Made by a program: the position numbers and the translations under genes. Positions 41,749 through 54,451 of a stretch of DNA of 64,000 nt are shown one piece after another. This DNA comes from Guillardia theta CCMP2712 (lineage: Eukaryota; Protista; Cryptophyta): the NCBI RefSeq assembly GCF_000315625.1, contig NW_005434599.1:68846-132845 (forward strand), given 5' to 3'. The first letter of the stretch is position 1, and the number at the start of each line of letters is the position of its first letter. A model generated the notes under the pieces. It worked only from the letters and a program-made list of their open reading frames with translations. It did no database searches and was not told where the DNA came from.

Positions 41749-43239
41749 TTAGCAAGCAGCAAATCCTGGCAGTCTGAGCAGAGGCTCGCTCCTGGTCGCG
41801 TTTCTCTTCTGAGGACATACCATGAAGAATTCGCTCGCTGGGACTATGTACTTCCATCTCGCGATGTAGTGGAGCAGGATCCTGCAATCCAAGACCCTTC
41901 CTATGTACCCATCCCTCACGACCGTCAAGATCTTTTCATGGCCTGCGATCCTCCTGTGCCCGACTCTGTCCAGTCCAAAGTCGATGGCAACGATGGCGCT
42001 GTGCGGGGTGGGCCGGTAACCGGTGATAAAGTTGGCCGTCTGCTCTTCAACGTCTGTCCACACTGGCAGGAAGATGACTGTGGCGAAGAGCATCAAGCGA
42101 GTCTGAGAGACGCGCGGGTACTTCACGGGAGCTCTCCTTGTCTGCGCTGCAAGCCTCATGTCCCGATAGGCTGTGGCCGAGGATGACAGAGGAGCGGGGT
42201 TGCGAGACGCCCCCCACCGGCGGGGACCATAGGTTCCAACGAAGTAGTACCCTGCTACCATGCGCAATTTGCTGTATGCTCTTGCAATCAGGTCGTGATC
42301 ATCGTCTTCCTGGTAGAACCCGCCTTCATCAAGGAACTCGAGCTGCCGCAAGGAGGGCGCGTGCCAGAGGAGTGGCCCTCGGTTGCAAGTTCCCCGAATG
42401 GTGAAAAACTTCTTGGCAATGCACTGCTGGTAGACTGGTAAAGGATCGTTGTAATCGGTCCCACATCTTCCTACGAAAGTTGAGTTTCCATGAGCACAAC
42501 GAGCCGACACGGCGAAGACATCGTTGAAGACTCGGAGGGGGATGTACATCGCAAGGTTGAAACAAACTTCCTGCACGAGCATGTCGGCCTGAACAGAGAT
42601 GATCGCCTTGGTGGCCCGTGATAATCTGTATCCGATGTTCTCCGACGAAGTCTCCCACACTGGCGTCGGCTGCACGACAAGAAGGACCCGCGTGAAGATG
42701 GTCGTTTCCCTGAATTTACTGCTGTTAATCAGGCCCATGATCATTTCTTGCGTCGAGTCAGTGCAGGCGTCCAGGACCAGGAGGAGCTCAGCAGACCCGC
42801 AGGACATCTTGAGTACAGTGGGTAGAGTCTCAAGGACGTGAGATTGCGCGTTGTGAAAGGCGATCACGATGCTTTGATCAGGATCTTCCTCTGAAGTCAC
42901 CAGCTCGAACTCGATCCTTGCTGGATCTCGAAACGGTCCCAACCCGTAGTGAAGCGCATAAGTTTCATTCAAGTTATTCTTGGCAGTTCCCTTTTCCTGG
43001 GCTCCGTGGAGAGATTTCGACATGCGCGTCATCACAGCATTGAAAGTATCTTTCATCCGAGTTTGGCGTTGCAAGAATCTCCTCCGACTCGGCGATGACC
43101 TGTCAAGATGAAGCCTTTGCTTGACAATGACTGTCATCAGTATCCCCTGGACGAAAAGGATGCAGAAACATGTAGGCACCAAACACCGCCTCCTCCTCTC
43201 CGTCCTGCTCTGGGGCTCTATCAGTGCTGTGTCGCTCAT
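41749..43239 (-). CDS. Type II membrane GT-A (family 2-like) glycosyltransferase
   Basis: N-terminal TM segment, SIVIAFHN, ELLLVLDACTDST, VQADM (DxD-like), FLDEGGFYQEDDDHDLIARA. Confidence 0.8.
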   Translation of the reverse strand: MSDTALIEPQSRTERRRRCLVPTCFCILFVQGILMTVIVKQRLHLDRSSPSRRRFLQRQTRMKDTFNAVMTRMSKSLHGAQEKGTAKNNLNETYALHYGLGPFRDPARIEFELVTSEEDPDQSIVIAFHNAQSHVLETLPTVLKMSCGSAELLLVLDACTDSTQEMIMGLINSSKFRETTIFTRVLLVVQPTPVWETSSENIGYRLSRATKAIISVQADMLVQEVCFNLAMYIPLRVFNDVFAVSARCAHGNSTFVGRCGTDYNDPLPVYQQCIAKKFFTIRGTCNRGPLLWHAPSLRQLEFLDEGGFYQEDDDHDLIARAYSKLRMVAGYYFVGTYGPRRWGASRNPAPLSSSATAYRDMRLAAQTRRAPVKYPRVSQTRLMLFATVIFLPVWTDVEEQTANFITGYRPTPHSAIVAIDFGLDRVGHRRIAGHEKILTVVRDGYIGRVLDCRILLHYIARWKYIVPASEFFMVCPQKRNATRSEPLLRLPGFAAC

Positions 43240-43853
43240 GCGGCTACCGTATGATCCGGCAAGGATGAAACCTCGCGCCTAGTTTCCTTCATCACATGAC
43301 TCTCAGTCTGTGAGCAGCTTCACTGCCTCATCTCTCAGAAGGTCTCATCCTCAACTGTGACTACCGCAGTGCATGCCAGTAACTGGCGGCTCGACGCGTC
43401 TGCCACCTAGCGGCCGCATTTTCTTGCAAAATGAGTGACCCCCCCGGGGCCCGGGATGACCGGCGGGCCGCCCGACACTAGCAGCAAAATTTACTCATTC
43501 TTGCTAAGTGAAATACTAGTACTGTAGACTTTTCCAGAACCTTCTCAGATGTACCACATTGTTTACTTAAATCAAATACATACAAGAATTAGTACCTGAT
43601 TCATATTTTCGTTAGGACGGGGTGTTACGCTTTTCAAGATATGAGATGGGGTAGGGTGTAGATCCTTAACGATATCGAGGGGGTCATTTTCTATATAAAG
43701 AGAGGGGTACATAAAGAGTGAGATTGACTATAAGGAGGTAGGGGTAGTGATTAAGCTAGTGGGTAGGTGGGTGGGTGGGTGGTGATTGAAGGGGCAAGAA
43801 GGGGGATGAGGTAGAACTGGACAATGCTAACATGGCGCACATGGTGCAAACTT

Positions 43854-43884
<31 letters not shown>

Positions 43885-44349
43885 TCAGGAGCAGGAGCAG
43901 GAGCAGGAGCATGATGGTGACGCTGACGATGGTGAAAAGGATGAAGATCAAGATGAGGAGGAGGAGGGGGGGGAGAGGGGAGGGAGGAGATAGATGATTG
44001 GAGGCGAATCAGGAAGAGGTAATTATAACACAATTGACATGACAAAAGAAGGAGGCAGAGCATGTGTATGAAATTTAGAATTAATTTCATTTTGACGAAG
44101 AGGCTATCAAGTGTTGCGAAAGATTTTTGAGTTGAAGAATCTGAGGGCTTGGCCGCAAGGCTAAGATTTGACTTCAATGGAAATTCTTCAGCCAAAGGAA
44201 AAGCGATTGAAAGAAGTTTCCCGGTCCTTACGTCTTGAGCAGGTTTCATTCAAGGTCATGGATCTTTGACAAGGTAGCGGCAGGAGAGGCCGGGAGTGAA
44301 AGCTCATATCTTCAAGGTTTTTCTGTATGTGTAATCATGTTTCATGTAG

Positions 44350-46344
44350 ATGACAGCAGTTCAGGTTCCGCTTCGTCTAGATCAAAGGATTGAACATGCA
44401 CCTCCGCAAGTTGGAAGGCAAGGGTATCCAGAAGGGGTCTCTACGGCTCTACTCTGGTTTCCTCTTTCTCGTTGTAAGTTTCCTCTTTCTCGTTGTAACG
44501 TTATCGCCTCAACGTGTCTCACCTCCTACTGTGACAGATTGTTGGATACGCCGTCTTGTCGATGCTCCTGCAGAGTCTGTGGATGACAGGCCCCAAGAGC
44601 GATGCGCTGCTATCCAAGGCGCCCTCCCTTGAGAGGAGGAGCATGACCAACCTGGGGGGCATGGCGAAGAAGTCGACATGGATCGAGACAGTTTCCGTTG
44701 ACCCTCGCATCTTCATCGTGCACAACCTGCTGACGGAGGAAGAATGTGACCACCTGGTCTCGCTCGCGCTGCAGAAGGGTCTCTCCGCCTCCCTCATCAC
44801 TCCCTACGGCACAAACAAACTCGTCGAGAGCACGACGAGAACCAACAAGCAAGCCTGGCTGGACTTCCAGCAGGACGATGTCGTCAAGAGGGTCGAGGAC
44901 AAGATCGCGAAGCTGACAAAGACAACCCCTGAGCAGGGAGAGAACTTGCAGGTCTGACCCTTAGAGCGATAAGCTTCCCCTTCTACCTCTCCTCCTCTCC
45001 TCCTCTCCTCCTCTGATGATTCTCGATCCTCCTCTGCTTCTCTCCTCCTCTGAATATTCTTGTTCACCCTCCAACCTCCTCCTCTCCTCCTGTAGAGATT
45101 CTCGCCCCCCTCCCTTCTCATCCTTTCTTCCTCTCCAGGTCCTCCACTACGCCAAGTCGCAGCAGTTCACGGAGCACCACGACTACTTTGATCCCGCGAC
45201 GGACCCGCCGGAGAATTACGAGAAAGGAGGAAACCGATTGATCACTGTCATCGTCTACCTCCAGGTCCTCGTCTCCTCCTCCTCCTCCTCCTCCTCCCTC
45301 GTCCCTCTCCTTCCTTTTCTATCTCTGCCCCGCGGTCCCACGACCTCTCTTTTTCCCCTCCGCATCAGCAATCTTGCTGCACTGGGTGTCCGTCTAGGCT
45401 GACGGAGCAGCAGGCGGCTGAGGAGGGAGGGGAGACTCATTTTGGAGCTGCCAACTTGAAACTCACGGCGGCGAAGGGCGATGCCGTTATGTTCTACAAC
45501 CTCAAGCATGGATGCGACGGCATCGACCCTACCTGTGTTGACAAGGTCTGGCTGCGGTCCTGCCCTGACCTCTCCTCCTCTTCCTCAGTGTCCTGTCCAT
45601 GCTCGTCCTTCCCCTCCCTTCTTCCTTTCCCTGCTCATCCCACCGCATACTCTGCCCAGCCCTTTCAGGCATTTCCTCTTCCCATCCTCCCAACGCGCCC
45701 AAGACTGAGAATGTTTCTCCAGCAAACGCTGCATGCTGGGCTTCCTCCGATCAAGGGAGAGAAGTGGGTGGCTACCAAATGGATCCACGAGCGAGGATAC
45801 CAATCAGGTGCTTCTCCTGACCTCTTCTCCCTCCCCTGTTCCATCAGACCCTCCCACTCTTCTCTCCTCTCATCTTCTTCCCTCCTCTCCTTCTTTCCAA
45901 CTCTGGGACTTTCTCTGCAGCATCCTAATCCCTCATCCTCCTCGCCTCTGACTTTGACGTCAAGAAACGAGCGGCGGCTGCTTTGACAAGCATCCCAAGT
46001 GTACCTACTGGGCAGGAAAGACTCCAACGGAGTGTAAGGTGAGAAGGACAGGGGACACGGAGAGGAATGGGGAGAGGAAGGAGGGAGAGGAAGGAGGGGA
46101 GGGAACAAGAGTGTAGAGAACGAGAAGGACTGGAAGGAAGGGAAGAGGAGGAATGCAGGAGAAAGGAGGTTTGGTGAGGGGAGTCTGGGAGGCATGGGGG
46201 AACATAAAGATATGATGCTTATGGTTTCCGCAGTTAAATCCTGTTTGGATGAGCAAGAACTGCCGACGAAGTTGGTAGGCAGTCTCGTGACAGCCTGTCG
46301 TGACCTCTGACAGATTCTTTTACAGCAAAATCTGTCAACCATAA
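44350..46344 (+). CDS. P4H: Prolyl 4-hydroxylase (plant/algal type) with C-terminal ShK domain; start uncertain
   Basis: VSVDPRIFIVHNLLTEEECDHL, ENLQVLHY...EHHDYFD (HxD), GGETHF, TLHAGLPPIKGEKWVATKWIH. ShK: CFDKHPKCTYWA...WMSKNCRRSCKIC. Confidence 0.9.
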
Positions 46345-46602
46345 CGGCGGCTCGTCCTAACTCAATGTACAATCACACACAAGTAGCACATGGTGACGTT
46401 CTTGACCTCCTTTTAAGTTTTTTTTCCGTTGGTTTCACAAGAGAGATCATCACAAACTGTTACGTGCTACATAGTTCCACCACCACCACCACCACCACCA
46501 ACTCCTCCCCCTCCCCCCCCCTTCACCACCACTCCCCCCCCTTCCCCCCCGCCCCCTTCCCCCCCTCGCTTCTCCTTCCTGGCCGCTCGTCTTTGTTTTA
46601 CA

Positions 46603-49225
46603 TCATTCTCTCTTCTTCTTGCTGCACTCATTGTTAGTCAAATCTCCCCGCCAACAGCCTCCTCATCCTCTCACTCCCACACTCTCCTCCTCCTCTGTTG
46701 TCGTTCTCATCCTCCCAACTCCTTGTCTTCGTCCTTGTCCTCGCCCCTTTCGTCCTGGCCCCTCCCTCCTGACCTCCCTCCTCACCTTCCATATTTTCTT
46801 CCAAAACTGTCGACGAGGAGGAGCACGACCCATTCGATGAAGCTGATCGAGGGTCAGCACAGAGGCGGAGGAGGAAGCCAAAGAGATACGCGAGGAGCGG
46901 GAGAGTCAGCCATTCGAGGACAGCGTTGCTTCTCGGAGACACACCTGGATGGAAGTCAGCATGGAGCGCAGCGAGAGATCGCGCGCGGGGTAGATGTGGG
47001 GAAGGAGAGAGAGGACAGAGGAGGGGAGGAAGAAAGTGGAAGGAAGAAGTAAGAGAGCGATGCCAGAGCGTGTACATGCGGAGGAGAGGGAGATAGAAGG
47101 GATGAGAGAGGCGGGTAGGCAGGAGGCAGAGGTTGGGAGGGTTGTGTGAGGTTCAGTGAGTGAGTGAATGAGTGAGTGAAGGAGGGGAGGAGGAGAGGGG
47201 AGGGAGGGGAGGGGAGGGAAGGGGAGGGAGGGAGGGGAGGGAGGGGAGGGAAGGGGAGGGGAGGGAGGGGAGGGAGGGGAGGGAGGGGAGGGAGGGAGGG
47301 AGGGGAGGGAGGGAGGGAGGGAGGGAGGGAGGGAGGGAGGGAGGGGAGGGAGGGAGGGAGGAGGNNNNNNNNNNNNNNNNNNNNNNNNNNNNNNNNNNNN
47401 NNNNNNNNNNNNNNNNNNNNNNNNNNNNNNNNNNNNNNNNNNNNNNNNNNNNNNNNNNNNNNNNNNNNNNNNNNNNNNNNNNNNNNNNNNNNNNNNNNNN
47501 NNNNNNNNNNNNNNNNNNNNNNNNNNNNNNNNNNNNNNNNNNNNNNNNNNNNNNNNNNNNNNNNNNNNNNNNNNNNNNNNNNNNNNNNNNNNNNNNNNNN
47601 NNNNNNNNNNNNNNNNNNNNNNNNNNNNNNNNNNNNNNNNNNNNNNNNNNNNNNNNNNNNNNNNNNNNNNNNNNNNNNNNNNNNNNNNNNNNNNNNNNNN
47701 NNNNNNNNNNNNNNNNNNNNNNNNNNNNNNNNNNNNNNNNNNNNNNNNNNNNNNNNNNNNNNNNNNNNNNNNNNNNNNNNNNNNNNNNNNNNNNNNNNNN
47801 NNNNNNNNNNNNNNNNNNNNNNNNNNNNNNNNNNNNNNNNNNNNNNNNNNNNNNNNNNNNNNNNNNNNNNNNNNNNNNNNNNNNNNNNNNNNNNNNNNNN
47901 NNNNNNNNNNNNNNNNNNNNNNNNNNNNNNNNNNNNNNNNNNNNNNNNNNNNNNNNNNNNNNNNNNNNNNNNNNNNNNNNNNNNNNNNNNNNNNNNNNNN
48001 NNNNNNNNNNNNNNNNNNNNNNNNNNNNNNNNNNNNNNNNNNNNNNNNNNNNNNNNNNNNNNNNNNNNNNNNNNNNNNNNNNNNNNNNNNNNNNNNNNNN
48101 NNNNNNNNNNNNNNNNNNNNNNNNNNNNNNNNNNNNNNNNNNNNNNNNNNNNNNTATTGCCAGGGGGAGGAGGAGGAGGAGGAGGAGTGGAGGGAGGAGG
48201 AGGAGGAGAGGGAGGAAGAGTTAATCAGCATCGACTTGAGAGGATGAAAGGCTGCCTGCCTTTGATGATGTTGACGGTTCCCATGTAATTCCCTTCCATC
48301 GCTTTACGGAAGACGGAAACGTCCTAAACACAATTTCAGCTCCCCTCCCCTTCACTCCTCCACTTCCCTCTCCCTCCTCCACTTCTTCCTCGTCTTCCCC
48401 CCACCCCCTCCCTCCGCCTCTTCTTCTGCTATCCCCCTCCTTCCTTCCTCCCCTCCTCCTGGTTCTTTTCACCTGCTCAAGAAAATATCCCGGCTGAGAG
48501 GACCCAGCATTGGCGATCACGACATCGATCGGTCCTGCCTGCAGCTCGTTTCATTCCTCCACTACATCATCCGCAACTCTCCCCATGGCCCTCCTTCATT
48601 TCTCTCCCCTGACCTCTTCCTCCCCTTCTCCTTTTCCTCTTCTCCTCCCTCTCTTCCCTGTCGCCTCACCTTCTTCTCGGAGCTCTCTACCGCAGCCTTC
48701 ACTGCTTGGAAGTCGGAGACGTCAGCGACAGCATACTCGATCTTCTGCTCTGCTCCTGTCGCTCCTTTCCTGAGCTCCTCGCATGCTGCCTGCAAATTGA
48801 TGAGGCACATTCAAGCATGGACAAGGAGAGAAGGAGCAGAGGGATGGGGATGGAAACGTGAGGTGGTCGATGATGAAGAGGAAGGGGTGAACAGAGCAGG
48901 AGGAGTCCGGCATGCTTGCCTTCAACTTGGATTCCGTACGAGCTAGGATGGTGACATGGCTTCCATTGCGAACAAACTCACGCGCTATGCTCTTACCGAT
49001 CCTGATAGCAGACCTCAGCAACAGGAGGGAGGAGCATGCAGTAGCGGGAGCACCCGGAAGAACCTCCTGTGATCAAGACGTGCTTCCCAGAGTAGTCCAC
49101 CCGCCCTCGCAACAACCTGCCCTCGTGTCGGGAGATACTTCAACAAAGCTTGACATCTGGTACCTTTTGACCACAGGCAGAGCAATGCAGAGCGCAAGCA
49201 ACGAGAAAGCGGCTTGCAGGTACAT
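46603..49225 (-). CDS. KDSR: 3-ketodihydrosphingosine reductase (SDR), interrupted by gap 47365-48154
   Basis: N-terminal hydrophobic anchor, GKHVLITGGSS-GIGKSIA, HVTILART, GPIDVVIANAG, NYMGTVN. Beyond the gap: GVSPRSNAVLEW, TM AFIEWVVLLLV, and C-terminal KKKRE*. Confidence 0.8.
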
Positions 49226-49544
49226 GGCGGGGAAGCAACGAAGAAGGGCTGCACCGAGCGTCACAGTTTCCTCACAACTACAAACGCCTCAAAAGCACTT
49301 GATCGGACTGTTTCCACATGGTGACAATACTGGCTCTGGTAAGAATTTACTGTGATGCTTTTCATATCATGTTTCTCGCCCGTGAATTTGTTTAGCATCT
49401 CCTCGCTCCCTCTCCCTCTCCCTCTCCCTCTCCCTCCCAGCCAAATTCTCAATCAACTTCTGCTCTCGCCCTATCTGCAGTATAGTCTCTGACTTCCCCT
49501 CTCCTTCTTTTGCTCCTCTTGCAACCTTCAGGCCTCGTCCTCGT

Positions 49545-49548
<4 letters not shown>

Positions 49549-49575
<27 letters not shown>

Positions 49576-49629
49576 CATGTGGCTGTGGCTGTGTCTCTGT
49601 CTCTGTCTCTGTCTCTGTCTCTGTCTCTG

Positions 49630-49665
<36 letters not shown>

Positions 49666-50168
49666 TGTCTCTGTCTCTGTCTCTGTCTCTGTCTCTGTCT
49701 CTGTCTCTCTCTCCTCCTGCATCCATCCCTGCCTATGTCTCTGTCTCTGTCTCTGTCTCTATCTCTGTCTCTGTTTTTGTCTCTGTCTCTATATCTCTCT
49801 CTCTCTCTCTCTAACTCTCTTTATTTTCTCAGCTNNNNNNNNNNNNNNNNNNNNNNNNNNNNNNNNNNNNNNNNNNNNNNNNNNNNNNNNNNNNNNNNNN
49901 NNNNNNNNNNNNNNNNNNNNNNNNNNNNNNNNNNNNNNNNNNNNNNNNNNNNNNNNNNNNNNNNNNNNNNNNNNNNNNNNNNNNNNNNNNNNNNNNNNNN
50001 NNNNNNNNNNNNNNNNNNNNNNNNNNNNNNNNNNNNNNNNNNNNNNNNNNNNNNNNNNNNNNNNNNNNNNNNNNNNNNNNNNNNNNNNNNNNNNNNNNNN
50101 NNNNNNNNNNNNNNNNNNNNNNNNNNNNNNNNNNNNNNNNNNNNNNNNNNNNNNNNNNNNNNNNNNNN
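49549..50168. repeat. (GCCT)n/(TCTCTG)n/(CT)n microsatellites followed by gap 49835-50168
   Basis: Visible tandem runs followed by N. Confidence 0.9.
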
Positions 50169-51847
50169 GAGGGTGGGGAAATCAGGGGTGGTTATTTCTC
50201 GGGCCATATCAGACAATGACCGGTGGTCGCAGGTGAGTTTTCAACAAATGCTGACTCGATCAAAACTTCAAAATATTAATAAAATAAGAAAAAGAATATT
50301 TTCGATTTTTGACAATATTTTTAAAAACATGTTCAAGTAGGAGCTTTTGCCGGATACAGCGGTTCTGGGACCGGTGAATATTAGGTGGAATGATGGGATA
50401 TTGATAGGGTGGGTGGTGTAGAAGCGAGTAGAAAAGAAAAATTCCGTCATCTTGTCTGTGGGGGACTTTACATGCTGGACGAGAACGGGGGTACTTCCCT
50501 ATGAAAAGTGGGGTAGGGTACGGTACCAGTTTTGCATTGAGGAAAAGGGTCCAATGAAGTGAGGAAGGGGTCGAGATGAGGGTCATCGACGAGGTGAGGG
50601 GGGGGTCCGATGGAAATTAATCGGTTGCTACAGGGGGGTAGTATTCCCTGTTGCCCTAGGTAGGGTAATTACATATGGTGTATGATACATCGCAGTGCAG
50701 CGATTTGATAGGTGCACACCTATAAGATTATGACATAGTGTGCATGATATGGAATGTTGGGTAAGATCATGAGGCGAGGGGTGGTACTTAGATATTGTCG
50801 TTGGAGGTGTGGGTATTCTCCGAAACAGTCACAAGGCAGGGGGTGGGGTGGGGTGATGTTGAGGTGGTACATTTCTAGCCGAGGATCTGTGGGAAGGATA
50901 CTTTGCTCGACATATATGTGGGGGTGGTATCAATGATGATTTCGAGGGGTAGGGGTCTGCTCACTAAATTCCTTGGTAGGGTGGGGTATTTTGAAGGTCA
51001 AGACACTATAATGCACCACCTGGGAAGCCATGGGGAGATAGGGGTGATCAAATAGAAATTATGTGGTAGGGTACAAAAAAGCATGGGTTGGAGTAGGTCG
51101 AGGGTGGGAAAGGTAGGGGTAGGGGTACTGAGATTTCCTTTGAAAGACCAAGTCAAAACGATTAGTTGGAGGAGGGAGGGGTGGTAAACGGGATCATACA
51201 TCCAAAGATCAGAATCTGGGGGTGGGGGTGGAGGGGGGCAGCCGCAGCGATGTCATGAGATGTTAAAATTTTACGAGTAGCCAGCAGAAATATGATGGGG
51301 AGGATTGGGAGAACATGCTGATCTTAACAACAGACATGGCATGATATGCTACATGTTGATTGTTTGGTCGTTTCGTGTTGTTGTAACTGATCACTACTGA
51401 GCCATGCAAGAATTGTACACTGTTCTTAACGACTCAACAGCTTCCCGTGTAGACATACTTTGCTTTACAGATGGATAGGTAGCTCTTAGTTCATCTTCAT
51501 CGATGATGAATTTCACCTCATAGCTCACAGGTTCAGCTCACGATTCATCTTACGTTCGTGTTCATAGCAAGTCCCAAACCAGACGCATTCGTACGAGTCT
51601 CCACTTGCAGATTGGTCTCCACTACATTTTACCATGAGCTAGATATGATGAGGTGGACAAGAGGACTATTTTAAATCCTTCTGGTTGTATCTCCACAAAC
51701 AGATCATCGTCAATCCCTTAACTGTCTATCATTCTCTCAGCTTGCCTCATGCGCATGCATCCGTTACCCGCATCTGTTGGTCGCAGCCTGACGTGATTCA
51801 CAGGTTGTAGGAAGCGTGTGAAGTAGAGGTGTGTGGAGAGCGGGAAC

Positions 51848-54451
51848 ATGGTCTTCGAAGGGCTTGAGCACGGCGAACGGAACATGAGAAGTAGACCGAG
51901 GCCGTTCAGCGCATGCCGTCCTTCTAGCGCTGCCCGCCCGCAGAGCGCGTGTGCTAAGTCTTACTTCAACAAGGTCACCAGGGTCCCAGATATGAGTTTC
52001 GAGCGAGTGCCAGGTATTGATCGTATTTACTGCATTCTTGTACCATTATTCCACCCCCTTCTCTTCTCAATCTGTTATCTCGCGTTTGTTATGGGATTGA
52101 CGTCTGTGTCAGATGATGTTGTCTCGGAAGCGAGCACACGACGAAAGAGTCCGAGTGAGCATGTAAGTTCTATGCATGATGGAAATATGATGCCAGAAGA
52201 CAAGCACAATCAGGGAGTCTTTGTCAGAAGGTTCTTAACGAAAGGAATGCTCGTCGTTGGCAGCAATTTCAACCAAAGAAGTCGGCTACTGTCTCATTTC
52301 AGCGTTGCGATGAACCAAAAACCCGATGAGCCAGGAAGTTACATGAGAATGTATTATTCCGATTACCTTGAAACTGAACCCGCAAAACTTGAGCTCGAAG
52401 AAGAGAATGGAGCCTGCGACATCGAGCTGCTCTCAGAATGGCTCCTATCAGCAATCCCCAAGACCAGGGTCGATGCGTATCCCATGCTCCTCTTGTTGAA
52501 GGACGTGTTCCGCCGGTTTGTCAAGAAGGAGTCAAGAATTATCTCGAAGCAGATCGACGAGCTGCAACGGCAACTTGAACTCACCAGGATTTCCCTCGCG
52601 AGGAAAGAGGAGGAAAACGAGTCTCTGAGAGAGAACTTGTCTAAGTCAGAAGGAGAAGTTGCAAGATTGACTGGCATCTCTAGCGAATATCAAAACCTCA
52701 AGACAATCTTCGAGCAGAGCGAAAACTTGCGGAAACAAAGAGAAAATGAGCTGAAGGAGCTGCAGGAGCAGATGGCCAAGGAACAACAGGTCTTGATGCA
52801 AAAGGCGGAGGACAAGCAGCGGGAGATGAAGGCATTCCATGACGCCGACATGAGGTCACAGGCAAACCGACATGATCAACAGATGCACGAAGTGATTGCC
52901 AGTGCTGAATCAACAAGCAAAAGACTGATGGAAGTTGAGCTCCTGAACAAGAACCTGCAGCTGGAGGTGGAGTCCTTGAAGAAGCAGTTGAATCAAGCTC
53001 TGGCCAGTGATCATCCCAGCACGGTCACTGAAAGTGATCCACTCCAAACTTGGCAAAGTCCTGACAGCTTGAAAGCATTTCTGACGCATGCAGAGATAGT
53101 CGATCAGCTCTATTCTGTCTTCATAGACATGTCACATGCTGGCGAACAAACACAGTCCACAGGCAAGTTCGACAGAGTGAAGCAGGTGGATTGGGAGGTC
53201 GTTGCCCAACAAGCCCAAGGCAAGTTGGCGTCTGACTTCTGGTCCTCTCTTGCGCACATGATGGGAAATCACATCAAGAAGGTGCCCGGGACGAGCTTCG
53301 CTCACTTCTTGCAAGAGCTGGTGTCCCTGCTGGAGAAGAACATGGAGCGGATCACGGAGATGGAATCGAAGATCGCAGAGTATGAAGCCAACGAGGCGCA
53401 GATGAGAGAGGAGATTTCTCAATTGAAGAAGAGGGAGGAAGAATACCAGGAGCGTGCTAAAGCTGAGGAGACCCGGGCTGCGACCCCCGAGCCCGCTGCG
53501 GCGACTGAGATGGTCAGGACTGAGTCCATGAAGAGGATGCCGACTGTGAAGGACAACTTACTTCAGATGAGGCGTGCGAGCTTCAGGATAGACAACAAGA
53601 TCTTCAGGGGAAAGAAGATCACCGCTGCTCGCTTTGACCAGGTCATACAGCTGTCTGCAGCCATCTATGAAGGCAAGGCGCTGGCTGACACCGTTGACGA
53701 TCGTGAACACAATCAGAGGCAGAGCATGCCCGAGTACATCCGAGAGTTCCTGATCAACAAGTTCGGCCTGCGGAGCATCGCGCTCACCAACCTGCAGTCG
53801 CTGATCCTGGGGGTCGAGAAGTTCTCGGAGGGGGAGAATTTCAACCTCAGGGTCAAGACGTTCGGGCTGGTGTCGGGGATTTTGTACCATCCCTACTGGC
53901 ACGAGGACCTCAGTGACTTTGTTGTCGGGGCTCTTGCCTTCCTCTTCAACCTCAACAGTATCAAGGAGTCACTCGACAATATCAGGAACCAGAACCCCTG
54001 CATAGACCCAACGGCAGCCATGCAGGCGACCATGAAGGCCTGGCTCAAGTACGGGTTCGGGCAGTTTCCAGAGAAGATGGAGGAAGAGATTGGCGAGACC
54101 ATCAAGAAGCACGAGGGAGACCTGCCGTTGCACGAGTGGATGGCGATGATGACGCAGGTGTGGCTGCAGAAGTCGGAGGAGCACGACAGGTTCCTGAGGG
54201 GTAAGTTCGAGGAGCATGACACCAACGGGGACAATGTGCTCGACCTGCAGGAGTTTGAGATGCTCGTCATGGACGTCGGGGGAGGACATGCTCAGGACCC
54301 GAACCGCTACCACGTCTCCAAGCTCTTCATGCAGGCGCTACAGGAGAACAGCAAGCTGAAGGGAACTGACGACTCGGAGGACGCCATGTGCCCAGAAGCC
54401 TTCGTCAAGGTGGCGAGAAGAGCCAGACTGGGGATGTCTACCTCAAACTAG
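51848..54451 (+). CDS. Coiled-coil protein with C-terminal EF-hand (TSNAXIP1-like ciliary architecture, tentative)
   Basis: 872 aa ORF, probably including in-frame introns. It has long heptads, MPEYIREFLINKFGLRSIA, and EF loop DTNGDNVLDLQE. Confidence 0.75.
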   Translation: MVFEGLEHGERNMRSRPRPFSACRPSSAARPQSACAKSYFNKVTRVPDMSFERVPGIDRIYCILVPLFHPLLFSICYLAFVMGLTSVSDDVVSEASTRRKSPSEHVSSMHDGNMMPEDKHNQGVFVRRFLTKGMLVVGSNFNQRSRLLSHFSVAMNQKPDEPGSYMRMYYSDYLETEPAKLELEEENGACDIELLSEWLLSAIPKTRVDAYPMLLLLKDVFRRFVKKESRIISKQIDELQRQLELTRISLARKEEENESLRENLSKSEGEVARLTGISSEYQNLKTIFEQSENLRKQRENELKELQEQMAKEQQVLMQKAEDKQREMKAFHDADMRSQANRHDQQMHEVIASAESTSKRLMEVELLNKNLQLEVESLKKQLNQALASDHPSTVTESDPLQTWQSPDSLKAFLTHAEIVDQLYSVFIDMSHAGEQTQSTGKFDRVKQVDWEVVAQQAQGKLASDFWSSLAHMMGNHIKKVPGTSFAHFLQELVSLLEKNMERITEMESKIAEYEANEAQMREEISQLKKREEEYQERAKAEETRAATPEPAAATEMVRTESMKRMPTVKDNLLQMRRASFRIDNKIFRGKKITAARFDQVIQLSAAIYEGKALADTVDDREHNQRQSMPEYIREFLINKFGLRSIALTNLQSLILGVEKFSEGENFNLRVKTFGLVSGILYHPYWHEDLSDFVVGALAFLFNLNSIKESLDNIRNQNPCIDPTAAMQATMKAWLKYGFGQFPEKMEEEIGETIKKHEGDLPLHEWMAMMTQVWLQKSEEHDRFLRGKFEEHDTNGDNVLDLQEFEMLVMDVGGGHAQDPNRYHVSKLFMQALQENSKLKGTDDSEDAMCPEAFVKVARRARLGMSTSN

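Noticed and set aside
46906-50340. Long ORFs containing X runs
   Set aside because: Artefacts of reading through N gaps and microsatellites.
50170-51240. Interstitial telomere
   Set aside because: GGGGT/GGGTA motifs are dispersed, not tandem TnAGGG arrays.
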